Positions 13,924 to 27,869 of a stretch of 64,000 bases of DNA are shown here, piece by piece. Made by a program: the position numbers and the translations under genes. The stretch spans positions 48,360,001 to 48,424,000 of the forward strand of contig OZ076409.1 in the NCBI GenBank assembly GCA_964187785.1. The letters are read 5' to 3'. The DNA is from Amphiscolops sp. MND2022 (Eukaryota). Within the stretch, counting starts at the first letter, position 1, and every line of letters starts with the position of its first letter. The notes under the pieces were generated by a model that did no database searches, was not told where the DNA came from, and saw only the letters and a program-made list of their open reading frames with translations.

Positions 13924-14333
13924 GGGGACGGTTCAAATCGTAGAATATTCAAAGCGTCGAAAGCAGTTTACACGCAGTAAATACTGCGCGTCATAGTCAC
14001 GTGACCAAACTTTCATTAAATGAACCAATCAAATTCAGTCAAATGAATACAGCACAAGCGACGAACTAATTACGATAACACGTAGTCAGCTATGTCCACA
14101 TACTCCTAGTGCCCTAAATGCAGGAGCGAAGCGAAGCGGAGCGACGTGCCATGTGGCCATGCCTCAATGTAGCTACTTGGCGAAAGGAGTGAAGCGACCG
14201 AGCCATTACAACAAACATGCTAACCTCTTCAAATTGTAACCTGAAAATAATCACTGCTATGGAATTCTTTCGACGCTTTGAATAGCTTTGATTTTTTCGA
14301 CGGTTTGAATATTCTACGATTTGAATAGTCACC
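13924..14333 (+). mobile_element. 410-bp MITE (shell 2, core B), 9-bp TSD
   Basis: TSD GGTAACTAC at 13915-23 and 14334-42. TIR GG.GAC..TTCAAATCGTAGAATATTCAAA.CGTCGAAA at both ends. Core B at ~14075-14215. Confidence 0.9.
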
Positions 14334-14799
14334 GGTAACTACATTTGACTCTTTTTCCAGATGAATTTTCTAACAACTTTTGAATACATGTAGGCTCACA
14401 CTTGGATCTCGCATATGTAGCGGTAGTGAGTTCCACTTCAGTGAAGCACAATGAAAAAATGATGACTAAGAAGTTGAAACATGAAAAATTACCCATACAG
14501 ATAACTTGATTGGTACGGGAATTTCATCGATATGTTGCTGTAGGTAAGTAATTTCAACTGATTTTGAAAAGCTTTATTTCTGATTATCAATGTACTGAAA
14601 AACGTATATCAGAGATTTGAACATAATCGAGTGACGTATACTAATTATACCCTTGTTTTTCTCAATTCATAAGATGACTCGATAACAAAAAAACACGCTC
14701 TTCAAAGCCCAATTATTCGGTTTTTCTAGTGAAAGCAATGAAAAGAACTAATTTTGAAGAAAAACAGTAAAGATGATTCATCATAAGTGCGTGGAAAAG

Positions 14800-14967
14800 T
14801 GTTGTGTATACTGATTTATTCCTTTATTATATATTGACTTATAATTGCTGTAATTGACTCATGTTTTATTTTAGATGTCGATGTCCCTTTGATATGTGCT
14901 TTGATAACTGCCGTCTACAGATTACTAACCTTTATAGCAAGCGTTTTGATCAACGGGAAACACGACA
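14800..14967 (+). repeat. 5' LTR
   Basis: tgttgtg...cacgaca; matches 18842-18999 with several substitutions and a ~10-bp indel. Confidence 0.95.
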
Positions 14968-15775
14968 ATTGGTGTTCAGACCAGGATTCATTTCAAGGTT
15001 AGCATGCTTAAAATTATTGCTGCCAGTTCCTTGTACAACTCAATTGAAAAACTTCAAATCCAGTTGCGTAAACAACTACGAGAACTCGTCCACGCCGATC
15101 CCGGTTTTAGCCTGAACCCAGAGTCCGTGAACAAGTCAAAAGACGTTTACAACTATCTAAAGTCTGAAGAACCGAGAAATACGAGAATAATCCTGTAGCA
15201 CGATCTGATTAATAATACTATCACACTCCACAAAAGTAACAACTATCAACCGCAAAGTGTAAATCAGCTGGTGGCTTCATTGAGATGTCTAACAAACTTA
15301 TGCGGCATAGTTTATTGTCAACGTACAGGGTCCCCGAATTTTTTTGAAGACCTGAGAACATTGGACTGCCCAATCATCCAAGTCGCGACAGATATTTTGA
15401 GCAAGTCAGAGCAGCGCAGTGAAGTACTCGTCGAGAAGTACAAAGCCTTACATCAATCCAGCGATCTCGAACTCAGATCCCTAGGCGTAGTTCTACATGG
15501 TTATCCGAACCTGCGGAAGATCTTGAAAACAAGAGGCACCAAGCGAAGAACTCACGAGCAACGAAGAGAGGCTAAGAGAAAAAGAGAAGACAACTAAAGG
15601 TGAGCTTTTAGAGTCTCGGACTCACAGCCGTTGTTGTTACCTCTTTATAGCTTTTCGAATTAAAGGTGAGCTTTTAGAGTCTTGGACTCAAAGTCCCCTT
15701 TGTAATTCTTAGCCCTTAAGACTCAAATTGTTCGAATCGTGTTTTTTTTTCAAGTCATCACCAAAATCAATGAGT

Positions 15776-18700
15776 AAACCGGAATTGAACCTCAAGGAAC
15801 CCGATCAAGCACTTATGTGGCTCAAGACGTTCGAGGCGCGAGCGCGTATTGAAAAGAAACGGGATATCGACGCAACACCTGGAACTAGTGGACCGCCAGC
15901 TGTGGCTGCCATAGCAAAAGATTATCTAGTGACTGATTTCTTCATGAGCCAATGCGGCCTCGAAGCGTTGATAAAGCTCAGTAGCCTCGCCGCGCCGAGA
16001 AACATTGAAGACATGCATTTCGCGAACTGACGGGAAAACCTATCGAAAATCAAATGCATCAGTGTACCATACTTGTGAAGAACTAGAATTTGATAATTCC
16101 GCCTCTTCTGAGGAAACCATGTGTTATGCAGAACAAGTCGCAACTGTAGCCGAAGTCAATCACATTGGAAGCAAAGCTGAATTTCATAGCATCAAGATAA
16201 ATGGTCATGACGTTCCAATGCAGAACGACACTGGATCTTCAGTGACCATTATTTCAACAAAAATTTGATGGGAAAGTGGCTCTCCTACCTTGAGCACTAG
16301 CGCCCGATGGATTGAAGCATATGATGGACACAGAATGCTTTATCTTGGTCATCTAAAGTGTGAGATCCCTTGGAAAAAGAAAACTCAATGCGTTGACGTT
16401 GCAGTTATCGAGTCCGAGAAAGAATTCGGATTGATCGGCAGAGACGTGACCCGAGTTGATCACATTCACAACGCGTCTCTGTCTGATGTAAAAGTCTTGC
16501 CTGCAATTAAAGGAGTTAAAGCCACTATCAAACTGAAGCCTGACGCAAAACCTGTTTTCTGTCGCGCTCGGAAAGTTCCACTTGCCTTGGAAGACCAGGT
16601 CAAGATTGAATTGGCGAACCGTCAGGCACAAGGAATCCAGGAGGTGTCATGAATGCCTGGCCAGTCGTGTGGCAAAGGAAGAATGACGGATCTTTTCGGC
16701 TTTGTGCAGACTTCAAAGTTCATGTGAACGATAAGATCATGATTGAAGACTACCCTCTTCCCGACATGGAAACATTATTTCACGAGCTGGAAGGATCAAA
16801 GTTTTACGTCAAGATTGACTTATCATCTGCTTAATGTCAAATAATGCTGGATGATGCAGCGCAGGAAATTTGTGAAGATCGCCTTGTCAATAAAATCGGA
16901 AAATCCATACTCCTCAATGTGTTAAGGAAGTCGAACCTTTTTGTGGATTGGTCAACTTCTACGGCCGGTTCATCTCAAACTTCACGTCGAAAATTGCCGC
17001 AATATCTGATCTGAGGAAGAAGTCGGAGGCTGATTTCCAGTGGACCGACAAATGTCAACGTGCATTTGAAAGGCTGAAATCTGAGCTAGCATCGAAACCT
17101 GTTGTTCAGCCCTATTCTCTGAAAAAGGAAATAACGATCACAACTGATGCGTCTGAGAAAGCTACTGGCGGAGTCTTATCTCAAGAGGGGCACCCTGTCT
17201 TTTATGTATCGAAGACATTGTCTCAACCTGAGCAAAGGTACTCTAACATTGAGCGAGAAGCCCTAGGGATTGTTTTTGTGGTAAAACGCTTGAAGCAGTT
17301 TTTACTTGGCCGGAAATTCAACCTCGAAACTGATCATCGTCCCCTGGAATTCATTTCTGCTCCAAACAAGGAACTCCCAAAAACCGTATCAGCAAGAATC
17401 ACAAGATGGGCAATTTCGCTCATGGCCTTCGATTATGAGATTAAAAAGAAAGAAGGTTCCTCGATTCCTCATGCTGACGCCATGAGTAGGCTGAACTTCG
17501 ATAAGGATGACGACGAGTGCAATCTAGTCGACTACTTAAGTTCCAATCTTGATGAATTCTGTGTTCATTTTGCCGAGCATAAACTCTTTCCATCCGAAGA
17601 GTTGTGGAGTGAATGTGAACGCGATGAATTGGCGAAGCGAATTATCAGGCGGGTAATCGATGGCGATTGGAAAGCATGTACTCAAGTAGAGAGTATTTTC
17701 AAGAGAGTATCTGGTCTCCTCACAGTCGAGAACGGGCTACTGTACAATGGAACTAGACCTTACATTCCACCAAGAATGCGGAACATCGTAATTGAACGAG
17801 TCCATGACACGCACCCTGGTGTCCAGGCGACTAAAATCATGGTGAACCTAATGTCTTGGTGGCCTGGGGTCGGAAAAGATGTTGCAAAATTCGTAAGTGC
17901 CTGCTCTAAATGTGCAAAAATCCGACCACGAACTGAGAAATCGATCGATACTTGGCCAGATGCACAACCATGGGAGAGACTACACATGGATTGGGCTTAT
18001 ATTCAAGAAGTAGGCAACATTCTTATCATTGTCGACGCTGGTTCTGGTTGGATAGAAGCGATCAAATGCGGCGATCGGCCCACTGAAAATGTCATGCATT
18101 GTCTGTCCGCCATTTTTCGGAGATTTGGGGTCCCACACTTTTTAGTTTCCGACAATGCAAAAGAATTTATCAACGACTAAGTTGTCACGTGGTTACAGGC
18201 TCAAGGCTGCACCAAATTAGAGAGCCCAATCTACAATCCAAGGAGTAATGGACTTGCCGAACGGGCTGTGCAGACTGTAAAGAAAGCAATGAGGGCATGG
18301 AACTTGTCTCTTAGTGTCAGTTTCCATGCATTTCTGCTGCGAGTCTTGTTCACACACCGTACCACTTCTTCCGTGAGAGGGAAGACTCCCTCAGAAGTTC
18401 TGCTTGGAAGGAAAATGCGACTTCGTGCTGTCATCAATTATGCCATCGGAGAGCGCGTAGTTTTTCGTGCTGGACCTCACGCTGAGTCTTTTCCTGCGAG
18501 GTATGTCGTTCGGAAGGGCAATAATACAGCATGGCTCACTAAGGAAGATTCAGACGGGTCCGAGAGAACAATTCTAGCGAGTACTAGTCAAATTGCTCCC
18601 TTTGCTAGTCCAACTACCGCTACCCCTAATCGAGTGACGGCTAAATCAACTACAGATGGTACTACGACCACGGGCGTGGCGGAACAAACTTCGACATGCG

Positions 18701-18819
18701 TTTTTAGTAGAGGCTCGTCTTTGGTTGTAGAGTCTTCTACTACTCCCGAGGTCCAGCTTAGGAGGTCTGCACGAGTCAGGAAACCGAACCCAAGAGTCAA
18801 CGACTTCATTTGCAAGTAG
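15776..18819 (+). pseudogene. Broken gag-pol of the gypsy element
   Basis: gag (MSKPELNLKEPDQALMWLKTFEAR), protease (DTGSSVTII), RT N-terminus (RLCADFK...YPLP...KIDLSSA) with the YxDD region deleted near 16870, RNase H (TTDAS...YSNIEREALGIV...TDHRPL), integrase (H..HPG, CSKC, HMDW, SDNAKEF, GLAERAVQT). Contains stops and frameshifts. Confidence 0.92.
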
Positions 18820-18841
18820 CTATGAACTCTTGGAAGGGGGA

Positions 18842-18999
18842 TGTTGTGCATACTGATTTATGCCTTTATTATTTTTTGCTGTAATTGACTTATGTTTTAT
18901 TTTAGATGTCGATGTCCCTTTGATATGTGCTTTGATAACTGCCGTCTACAGATTACTAACCTTTATAGAAAAACGTTTTGATCAACGAGAAACACGACA
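18842..18999 (+). repeat. 3' LTR
   Basis: Preceded by the PPT and followed by the TSD AAAAG. Confidence 0.95.
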
Positions 19000-19029
19000 A
19001 AAAGCATAAGTACTCCTGTTGGGGAACTG

Positions 19030-19560
19030 TGGTTTCAAACACAGTTTCAATAGTTTTTGCACCGACTGCCATATTTTTAAACACCTTTTAACTTGTGTTT
19101 GGAATCAAAGGTGTTTATCAATGGTTACAAGTTTATCAAGTAATTGCAATGGTCTGACTTCTTTACTATGGTGGAGTCTACAGTAACTGTCTCTAGGTCG
19201 TTGAGGCGTTTATCATTTTTGAGGGAGAAGGTAATGAATTATGTTTCACCTGCATTCAAATTCAGTTAATTGAGATAAAAGTAATATTCTTCTACCTTAT
19301 AGATATTGTCTTGTAATACTTCAAGAGCAATCCCGGATTTTTCATCACCATAAAAAAGTTAACCATCGTCAGCATATTGTAAAGTTTCGCTCAGAAGTTC
19401 TAGAAGAACATTCACATACAAGTTGAAAAATTACTTTGCTATGAGTGTTCCAGAGGAAACTCCTTGTTTCACTTCAATCCATTCCGATAGAACACCATTT
19501 ACAGACACTATGTGCTTTACTGGATGAGTCCAACAATCCAAACTACAAGCAAGTCAATTT
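19030..19560 (-). mobile_element. Degenerate LINE (CR1/L2-like) RT fragment
   Basis: The minus strand reads VSVNGVLSEWIEVKQGVSSG...FNLYVN...LQYADD. Confidence 0.7.
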
Positions 19561-21326
19561 GCCACTGTCTAATGAATGACAAGTAAATGCTGCAACTTCA
19601 AGGTGCGTGGTTAACCCTCCTGTCCCAGTGGAAGCCAATATCGACGGCGTGGATGTTTCCTTTGGGAGTATGTTCAGTTTCCCATTGAAGACGTTGTTGC
19701 AATCAGCAAAAAGGAACACGTTGATGAGCCTGCGTAACTCGTGGTATCATTCACAACAACCGACGCTGCAACACTAGCCCTGCAGGTGTATCAATAATGG
19801 CGTTCCCGCTTACACCAGATGGGCAATGCAAGCAAGCACTATGTTACGACCATAGGGTGTTGACATGGACATGTACTCTGCCAACAGCGAAACCTTCAAG
19901 ACCTTTTGCCTTGCTGAACACATGAAATGAGAGAAAATCTGTTGTTGACAAATCTATTGCAAACCAACCTATCTAAGAAAAGATTTAGAGCTGACAGGAT
20001 TCTAACCTATTCTTCCAAGTCGCGACCTGACGAGCTGGCCATTACCATACAGCTCCGATAATTGAACAATCCGTCTACACTTATTAATCAAATTAGTAGT
20101 TGCTATATTTGAAGACCAGTTGAATTAAAAACATAAGAGTCTTCAACAGAACGTTGCGCTCCATCTGTCGGAAAAGGAAACTTTTTTTCAGTTGAAGGCT
20201 CTCAGCAGGCAACTTGAACTGCGGAACAAGGGACTTGAAGACCTAAAAACCTAAAAGATCAGTGGAATCTGATGAGAGAGTGTGCAGATGACACCAAAAT
20301 TCAGTTGAAGATCTACAGCGTCGAAATGGGAAATCGCTGCAGCAAATCGATCGCTTACTAGATGACTATGAGCGTGCCATTAGGGACCTTGAAGAGAAAA
20401 GGCAGCAGCATAGCTACCTAACACTAAAGATGCCAGCTGCGATGCAATGGGACACCATCATACCCTTTATTAATTGTTCCCCAGAATCATCAGCGGCGCA
20501 GATAACCTCCCATATTCGAAAATAGCCCCTCCGGGGCACGCTAATGTTTCACCTTTAATCGTTCAATAATAATAGAATCACATTTGGAGTTCCAATACAC
20601 TCCTGTTTAATCATTATTTAGCGCAAAATTATTCATTGGACTAGTTTATACCGCTGTTAAATTTCGGAATGAAGCAGACACAACTTTTTTTTAGCGTAGA
20701 CGAAGTTTCGCATTGGCATTTGAATGCAGGCGAAGCTCTCCGCGAAAAAATTATTAAAACTAATTTGCTTCATCTCAAAAATTCGGCGCGCGAAATCTAA
20801 TTACGAACATTCGCTCGCTCATTCTCAATGACGTCAGCGTACGAAAGCATAATTACAACTCACTCGTTCCCATCGCACGAGAATTGAAATGTCGTCGGCA
20901 GCTTGAGAAATTTAATTCACACGCTCGTAGTCACTGCTGAAGAAAATATTTGAATTTTTCAGTATCACGACGAAAATTGTACTAAAAAAGTAGACATCTT
21001 GAATTTCCAATAATATTCCTGCTATTCCAGAAATAGTTAAAACTGAGTGTGCTAAGTCATCCCGACAAAAACTGAGACGTGGAGATGTTTAAACGGCTCC
21101 AGCAAGCAGAGAGAATACTCGGAATTCCAACTGCTCCAACAACTCATGATGACGAAGGAATAGAGGAAGCACACGCTCTTTGTCAACTTATGAAAGGACT
21201 AGAAATTTAGTTTACTGTTCTCTGTTGTCAACTCCTCTCAGGGAAGGGAACAATACAGAAAACCTATCTAAGGACTTTTGGAAAAGTTAGAAACATTTGA
21301 ACGCCAAACGTTCAGACTGATTTACG

Positions 21327-24200
21327 ATGGGATATGAAACATTGTTATCAGGCATATCAGGTATATCAGGCAAACCAGAGAGCACGAGTGAAGACTGGGA
21401 CTTCACCACCAGGTGGGACGCCTACACGACAGCCACACACATAGCCAACCAAGATGCCACTTTGCAGCTCCTCGAATGTTGTGAAGAGGGTCTACGCAAG
21501 GAATTCTACCGCTCCCACACAAACATCGCCACGGCAACCGAGACAAATGCTCTGGCAGCAATCAAGACTCCAGACGTGAAGGCTGAGAACGCCGCGGTGA
21601 GCAGGATGACTCTCATGACAATGACACAGGACAGAGAGGAGGGTGTTGGGAGTTTTGCCGCTCGCTTACGAGGTCAAGCTAAAATCTGTAAGTTCTCGAA
21701 AAACTGCTCTCACAACCCATCTGAAGCGGTCAATTACACCGACGTCATGGTCCGTGACGCCCTCATTGAAGGATTTGGCGACAGCGATATAAAATAACAT
21801 GTACTGGGACATTACGACCAGGACATGACCCTGGATACGATCAGGATACGAACAGGAATATAGAGGCTAAAGAAGCTGGTAAACGATCACAAGCAACTCT
21901 CCAGAATACAAGTGCCGCGACAGTTTCCTCGTATGAACAGGCGGACAACGACCAACACGTAGTCTAATGCCGAAATTGCGAAAAACCAGGCCATGGTGAT
22001 GGCCGTATTACACAGCCTAGGAAGGAGAAAGCCTATGACGAAATTTGCTAAAGTGTAACAAGAAGAACCACTTAGCGAACGTATGTTAGGTTAAACTTAA
22101 CAGGTTGGTGAAAGGACAACGAATAATGTGGATGAATCCAACACTGGTTTTCACAAAGTTTGCAACATCTTGGTAGCCTGCACGGTCACCTCTCATAGAA
22201 CCGGTCCTTGACCACCACAATGTCGACGATAGAAATGGCCGGATCACGAAACCGTCGTCACCACAACCGACAGTTCATCTCACCGCCAGCGATCACTCAA
22301 ACAACTATGAGGAGCCTTCACACAGGGACACGCCAGGTTACGATATGCTTGACAGCTGATATTGGTGGTCAATATGGCCTTCTTAAAATCAAAATCATGT
22401 ACAGGCTGAGTTTCTCAAAATTGAACCTCATCCCCGTAAACACAAAAACGTCGACGATGAATCCGGACGTCATCACAATTCTAAAGGAAGCTATCCTGTC
22501 ACTGTCCGGAAAGTCACGGTCTGGCAATGTACTAGAGAGAGCACAAGTATGCTTTGTGAACGACGTGATAGAAACTTCATACCTGCGCCTAGAAGCCTGT
22601 GCAGCACTGGGAAGACACAGAGAGACTTCCCGCTCATCGAGTCAGCCACTCAGCAACCCACGTTATTTACCGCAGCTGCATCAAGCCCACCCGAATTGGA
22701 GCGCGACTGCTCCTGTTCCATACGCACCAAGCTGCCATCATTACCAACTGCTCTACATTTCCCAGCAACTGACGCCAACTGACACGCTCTCCAGAATTGG
22801 ATACTAGACAGATACTGTTCCAGCACTTTGAACACTTGCGAATGCCAAACACTCCGGCTAATGGAGAGCCCGCCGTTGGAACTCCACGTCGACCCCTAGG
22901 CCAAACTGATCGCAGTCAACAAACCCAATCCAGTACCTCCACACTGGCAGCAGAAAGTCAAGGCGTCTATCGACAGAGATATCAAACTCGGGGTCTGAAG
23001 AATAGTCACGGTTCGGAAGGTAAACGCCGAGCCACGGCGCACAGTGGACATGCAGGTGATCAACAATTATGCTGTCCGTGAAACACAGCACATCCAATCC
23101 CCGTTTAACCAGGCAACGCTGGTACCTTCATAAACCAAGAAAACGATCACCGATGCTTGGAACAGGTATCACAGTGTGCCAATCCGAGAAGAATATCCCC
23201 ACCTCATTACTTTCATCACGCCCTGGGGTAGGTACCGATACAAAACTTGTCCACAGGGCTACGCAGCGTCACAGGAAGGGTACACCAGAAGATTCGACGA
23301 GATTGTCAATGACTTTTCCAACAAAACCAACTGCATCGATGACATGCTTATGGGCAGACACTCTCGAAGAAAACCTTTTTCGAACATATTGCTGGCTAGA
23401 CATTTGCGGTCGACACGAAGTTATGCATATTCCCAGAAAATTGCATTTGGCTCCGACACGATGGAGTTTGCCGGCTTCGTGATCACTCCGACAGAGAACC
23501 ACCCCAATGACAAACAATTCTGCGCAATCCATGACTTTCCTACACCACAAAACAGACATCCGATCTTGGTTCAGCCCCTTCAACCAAGTGTCGTAATGCG
23601 ATTCCCTCTGAACGATATGACACCTTTACGCGAGCGTCTGAAGCCGTCGTCGACGTTCTATCGGGATGATCAGCCACAACAAGTCTTTAGGCAATCCAAG
23701 GCTGCTATGTTGGACAAAATCACCGAGGGTGTCCGGATATTCGACTCCAAACGTGTCACAGGTCTCGCCATAGATTGGTCCTAGAAAAGCATCGGCTTCT
23801 GGCTCCAAAGCCAGAAATATACTTCTTCAAACGCATCTTCCAGAAAAAGGTCGATATGAATAGCCATTGAGAACGTTGCTTCGAAAAGCTGCCAGCTCGT
23901 TGCCCGTCGGGCTTGCAACATAGAAATTTACAGAGACCCCTAATGAAATGTTCACTGCTCTTGCCTGAAGAACATGTACTTCCATTGCCACAACCGGTTG
24001 AAAATTGTATCAATTATCTAGCAATTCGCAATACTTCTCAATTTTACGTGCTTCAACGGTGGTCACAGGATTGCATAAGGAACCTTGACTCAGGCGACTG
24101 GTTGCAAGAGCGGCCACAACCGTGACATCACACACCAGCTATTTACCGGTTCCCTAGGGTATCATGGCAACACCATTTGGCGTTTGCCATCAAATAGGTA
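21327..24200 (+). mobile_element. Decayed Ty3/gypsy element, second family (gag-PR-RT-RH remnants)
   Basis: gag (RWDAY...QLLECCEEGLRK...FAARLRGQAKICKF...MVRDALIEG), RT (PIREEYPHLITFITPWGRYRYKTCPQGY...FDEIV...CIDD), RNase H start (DWS). Many frameshifts; LTRs not found. Confidence 0.88.
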
Positions 24201-24329
24201 CAGTCCATGCAGCGCAAGCATTGGAGGCAAGTCAAGTCCAAAGTTCCCATTGTCTGCTTTTCGAGAGAATTGAGTGTAGCATGACGTGAGAAGCGACCAG
24301 CAATTTTGGCGCAAGGAAGATCATGTAAA

Positions 24330-27300
24330 CTGTTTTGTTCAACTCTTTTATCACAGTCGCACGTATGCGCAACACAGATTTTGGCTTTGAGACGTAACTA
24401 ATTGGAATCTGAAGCTGCTGATCATCAAGTTTCCGGCCTTGATCTGGTACTGGCCAGGAACACCATTCAACCATTGAGACCCCAACTTGTTTGATGAGTG
24501 TACAAAGTTGAAAACTCTCTTATAACAGATTGTGAAAAATGAAGATGTTTGTTTAAAGTTTCACCTGATTTAATTGGAAGTTTATATGAAATAGGTGTTT
24601 TACTGACACTGTTTCTACAAATGGAGGTTTTTAAAAAATCCTCCAATTTCAGTAAGTAGACGAGCAACTTGTGCAAACTACAATACAAAGATCCTGCAAA
24701 CTACAAGGTTAACCCTATCCTGCTAGTTTGGTCTTTATCTAATTCAAGTGTCTTTTCTCAACGTCCAATTTTCTCCAAAATTTTTCCGCCCAAAAGCGTC
24801 TAAAGACCCACGCGTGAAGACTGGGAGTTTTTTATCATCAGGTGGGATGCTTACAAGACGAAAACCGATATACATGCTCTGGCAGCAGTCAAGACTCTAG
24901 CTGTGAAGGCTGAAAACTTCATGTTGAGCAGGATGACTCTCATGACAGTGACACATGAGAGAGAAGAGAATGTTAGTAGTATGCGAGGTCAGGGAAGATG
25001 GTCTGCTAGTTCTTTAAAATTTGCTCTCGCAACCCATTTGAAGCGGTTAATATTACCAATGACATGTTCCGTGACGTCCTCATAACAAGATTTGGCGGCA
25101 GCGACATCCAGCAAAGTGTACTGGAACACAACGTCAAGGACATGACCCTGGAGGATACGATCAATTTGATGGCAGCCAAAGAAGCTGGTAAACGATCAGA
25201 AGACACTATCCTCGGTAAAACAGGCGAATAGAGACCAAGATTTAGTCAAATGGCGAAAATGCGGGAAACCAGGCAATTGTGGTGGACGCGATACACAGGC
25301 CTTGGACAAACGTTTTACAAAGTGTGACGAGAAGAACAACTTCGTCAACTTCTTTGGGTCCGACAGCAAACAGACAGGTGAAAACACAACGATAGATGTG
25401 GATGAATCCAACACTGGCTTTCACAAAATGTGCAACATCTCGGTTGCCTGCACGCATGACAACTTCTCGAAAAACCAATCAACGGGCGGTCGTCCTTGGC
25501 CACCATAGTTTCGCCGACAAAAATAGCCGGATCACGAGAATGTTGTCCCCTCAACCTATAATTTATCTCACCGCCTGCAATCATTTGAAAAACTATGAGG
25601 AATTTGGGTACCGCCTTCACACAGAGACACGCCAGATTACGATATCCATGACATCTGATACTGGTTGTCAATCTGGCCTTTTTGAGATCAAAATCATCCA
25701 CAGACAGGGTTTCATAAAATCGAACCTCGTCCACGAAAACACAAAAACGTCGACGATGATTCAGGACGTCATCCCAATTCTAGGGGAAGTTATCCTACGA
25801 CTGTCCGGGAAGTCAGGTTCTGGCAAAGTACTAGAGACAGCACAAGTGTGCTCTGTGACCGACGTGACAGAATGTTGCATACTTGAGCCGAGAAGCCTGT
25901 GCAGCACTGGGAGTCATCCCGAGCGACTTCAGCTGCGGAAAACCCACACGGTGAGGAGTGCGACTGCTCCTACACCATACGCACAAAGCCGCCACCATAA
26001 CTAACTGTTCTACCATTCCCGGCAACTAGCAACATTTCTGCTCTCCAGTATTGGATACTAGGCAGATACCGATCGAGCCCTTTCTAAACTTGCAAATGCG
26101 TCCCCCAGAGATGAGAACGAGCCTTGACTGGACATGGATATAAAGCCCCACATCTTTTCTTCTAAATCACCCTAAAAGGTGTCTAATTGTTGTGATAAAC
26201 AAATGAACCGGTTCACCTGACAAAGATTCACCTCTAGATTCCACTACCATAGGTTGTTTTTCGAATCCAAAATGTGAGTCAGATCCTGATTGGAATCCGA
26301 GATTGAAGCAGGTCCCTGAAGATTTGAATACTGAATCCCTGTAAAAAGGAAACTTGGCTGACATTACGCCAAATGTGAGTACTAATAAACTTCAATTTGG
26401 ATTTCAAAAGTTTTCTCGAGCTTGAATTATTGATTTATTGAATAGTTTTCAAAACCAATTTTTAAAATCACGTTTCCTTTGGGCTGGTGGCTTTCTGTCA
26501 AAGCACAGAAAACTAGGAAATATGAGAGGCCAATTCGTCCTGTGCCTGCACCTACTTGTCTACTTCCGTATTTTGCTTGACATGATTCGAAGACATGATA
26601 GTTGGCACATTTTGCGGACAAGCAGCAAAAAGTATTGCGTAAAGCGATTGGATAAAGTCCTCCATTGCGTTTTTAGCGCAATTAATTTCGCACCAAAGAT
26701 GTACGGACGAAGTTCGAACGTACTTTCCTGCGATAATCACTTTAACAACATTTGTTGACGCTCTGAGAAAGGTCTATCCACTTTGTCCGTTCGAATTGAC
26801 AGTCAAATCTTTCAAAACTTGAGGCGAAATGCCATACAAACTTGCACCAGAGCTGTTGGGGGCGGATGAGAGCCTTGTGGACGAAGATTTCCGAGGTTTG
26901 AAATCACAATATCTGTGAGGTCCAGAACGTAGCAAATATCCCTATGCAGAAGTTTCAGCTTGAAGGTCGCGCAAATTCTGACCCCGAAACCTGCAATTTT
27001 GTTGTCCCCTACTGTCATTCTGATTCCGGCTTCTACATTAGTTCATCTAATTTACTGCAAATGGAAGGCAGTCGTTGTTCTAAGTCGCTTTTTTGTTCCG
27101 GTTTCCTGTCGCGTTTCTGTTATTCCTCAATGATACCATCCGAATACGCTTGTTGATAAATGTTTTAAGTGATGACGTCTGATGTTTACTTCCTTGAGGT
27201 GGTTTTTCCAAATTAACACTTTGAGAGGAGGGAAAAAAGCACCACAAGGCAGTACAGTCAAACTTCGATTATTCCGTACCCGGAAAATTCGGATCTTCTT

Positions 27301-27400
27301 TGTTTTCGTATACATCTGAAACACCCATTTGGCAACAGTTAAAGAAATATCATCTGGTTTTTTCATAGTTCTCACTAGTTTTACTTTTTTATTAGGTCCC
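24330..27400 (-). mobile_element. Old CRE-like non-LTR element on the minus strand, split by a gypsy fragment
   Basis: 26100-27000 gives GISPQVLKDL...IFGAKLIAL...AKCANYHVF...RQVG...VILKIGFEN. 24330-24790 gives the downstream part (CSLHKLL; GSQWLNG; KLDDQQL), colinear with the 44-52 kb copies. Confidence 0.75.
24800..26110 (+). mobile_element. Truncated second copy of the 21.3-kb gypsy family (gag/protease remnants)
   Basis: Homologous to 21390-22860 (gaagactggga..., RMTLMT.T, gtggatgaatccaacactgg, AAKEAGKRS). Confidence 0.85.
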
Positions 27401-27869
27401 TAGCGATACAAAATTGGCGAGTTCCACTGTATTTGATAGGGCTTCAAAAACATAGTTAACTTTGGATGTCAAATTTTCAGCTAGGGAGATCCGTGAATTA
27501 TGAGGAACTCTTTCCAAGTAAACCACGCCTGATTTGAAAATATTGTCCGGTCTAAATGTTCCATAATGACACTAAAGGAAATTGTTCCTTGAAGAGCACC
27601 TACAACATATAACTTCGGCAAAGGTTCCGTGCCTCCAATTTATAACAATTAGCGAATTTTAATTTGAGTCATCCGTTGCATAGCCTACAACTCACCCAGT
27701 CTATCAACCCTGATGGTTTCGAACACTTAGGAGCTTTTGCACGTTTGGTTGCTATTTATCGAAACCAAACCTCAAAACCTAACCAAGTGCAGAAATGCCA
27801 CATTTTGGTGTGTGCTAATCCCCTCAGAAAATCACAGTGAAGCAATTAGTAAATGAAAAAACCATGAAT

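Larger units (their letters stand above)
14800..18999 (+). mobile_element. Ty3/gypsy LTR retrotransposon with both LTRs, internally deleted and decayed
   Basis: TG...CA LTRs at 14800-14967 and 18842-18999, a 5-bp TSD AAAAG, a PBS-like TGGTG after the 5' LTR and a PPT GGAAGGGGGA before the 3' LTR. Domain order is gag, protease, RT, RNase H, integrase. Confidence 0.97.

Noticed and set aside
19560-21300. Possible BEL/gag or MITE remnants
   Set aside because: Coding-like stretches are present, but no diagnostic motif, TIR or TSD could be established.
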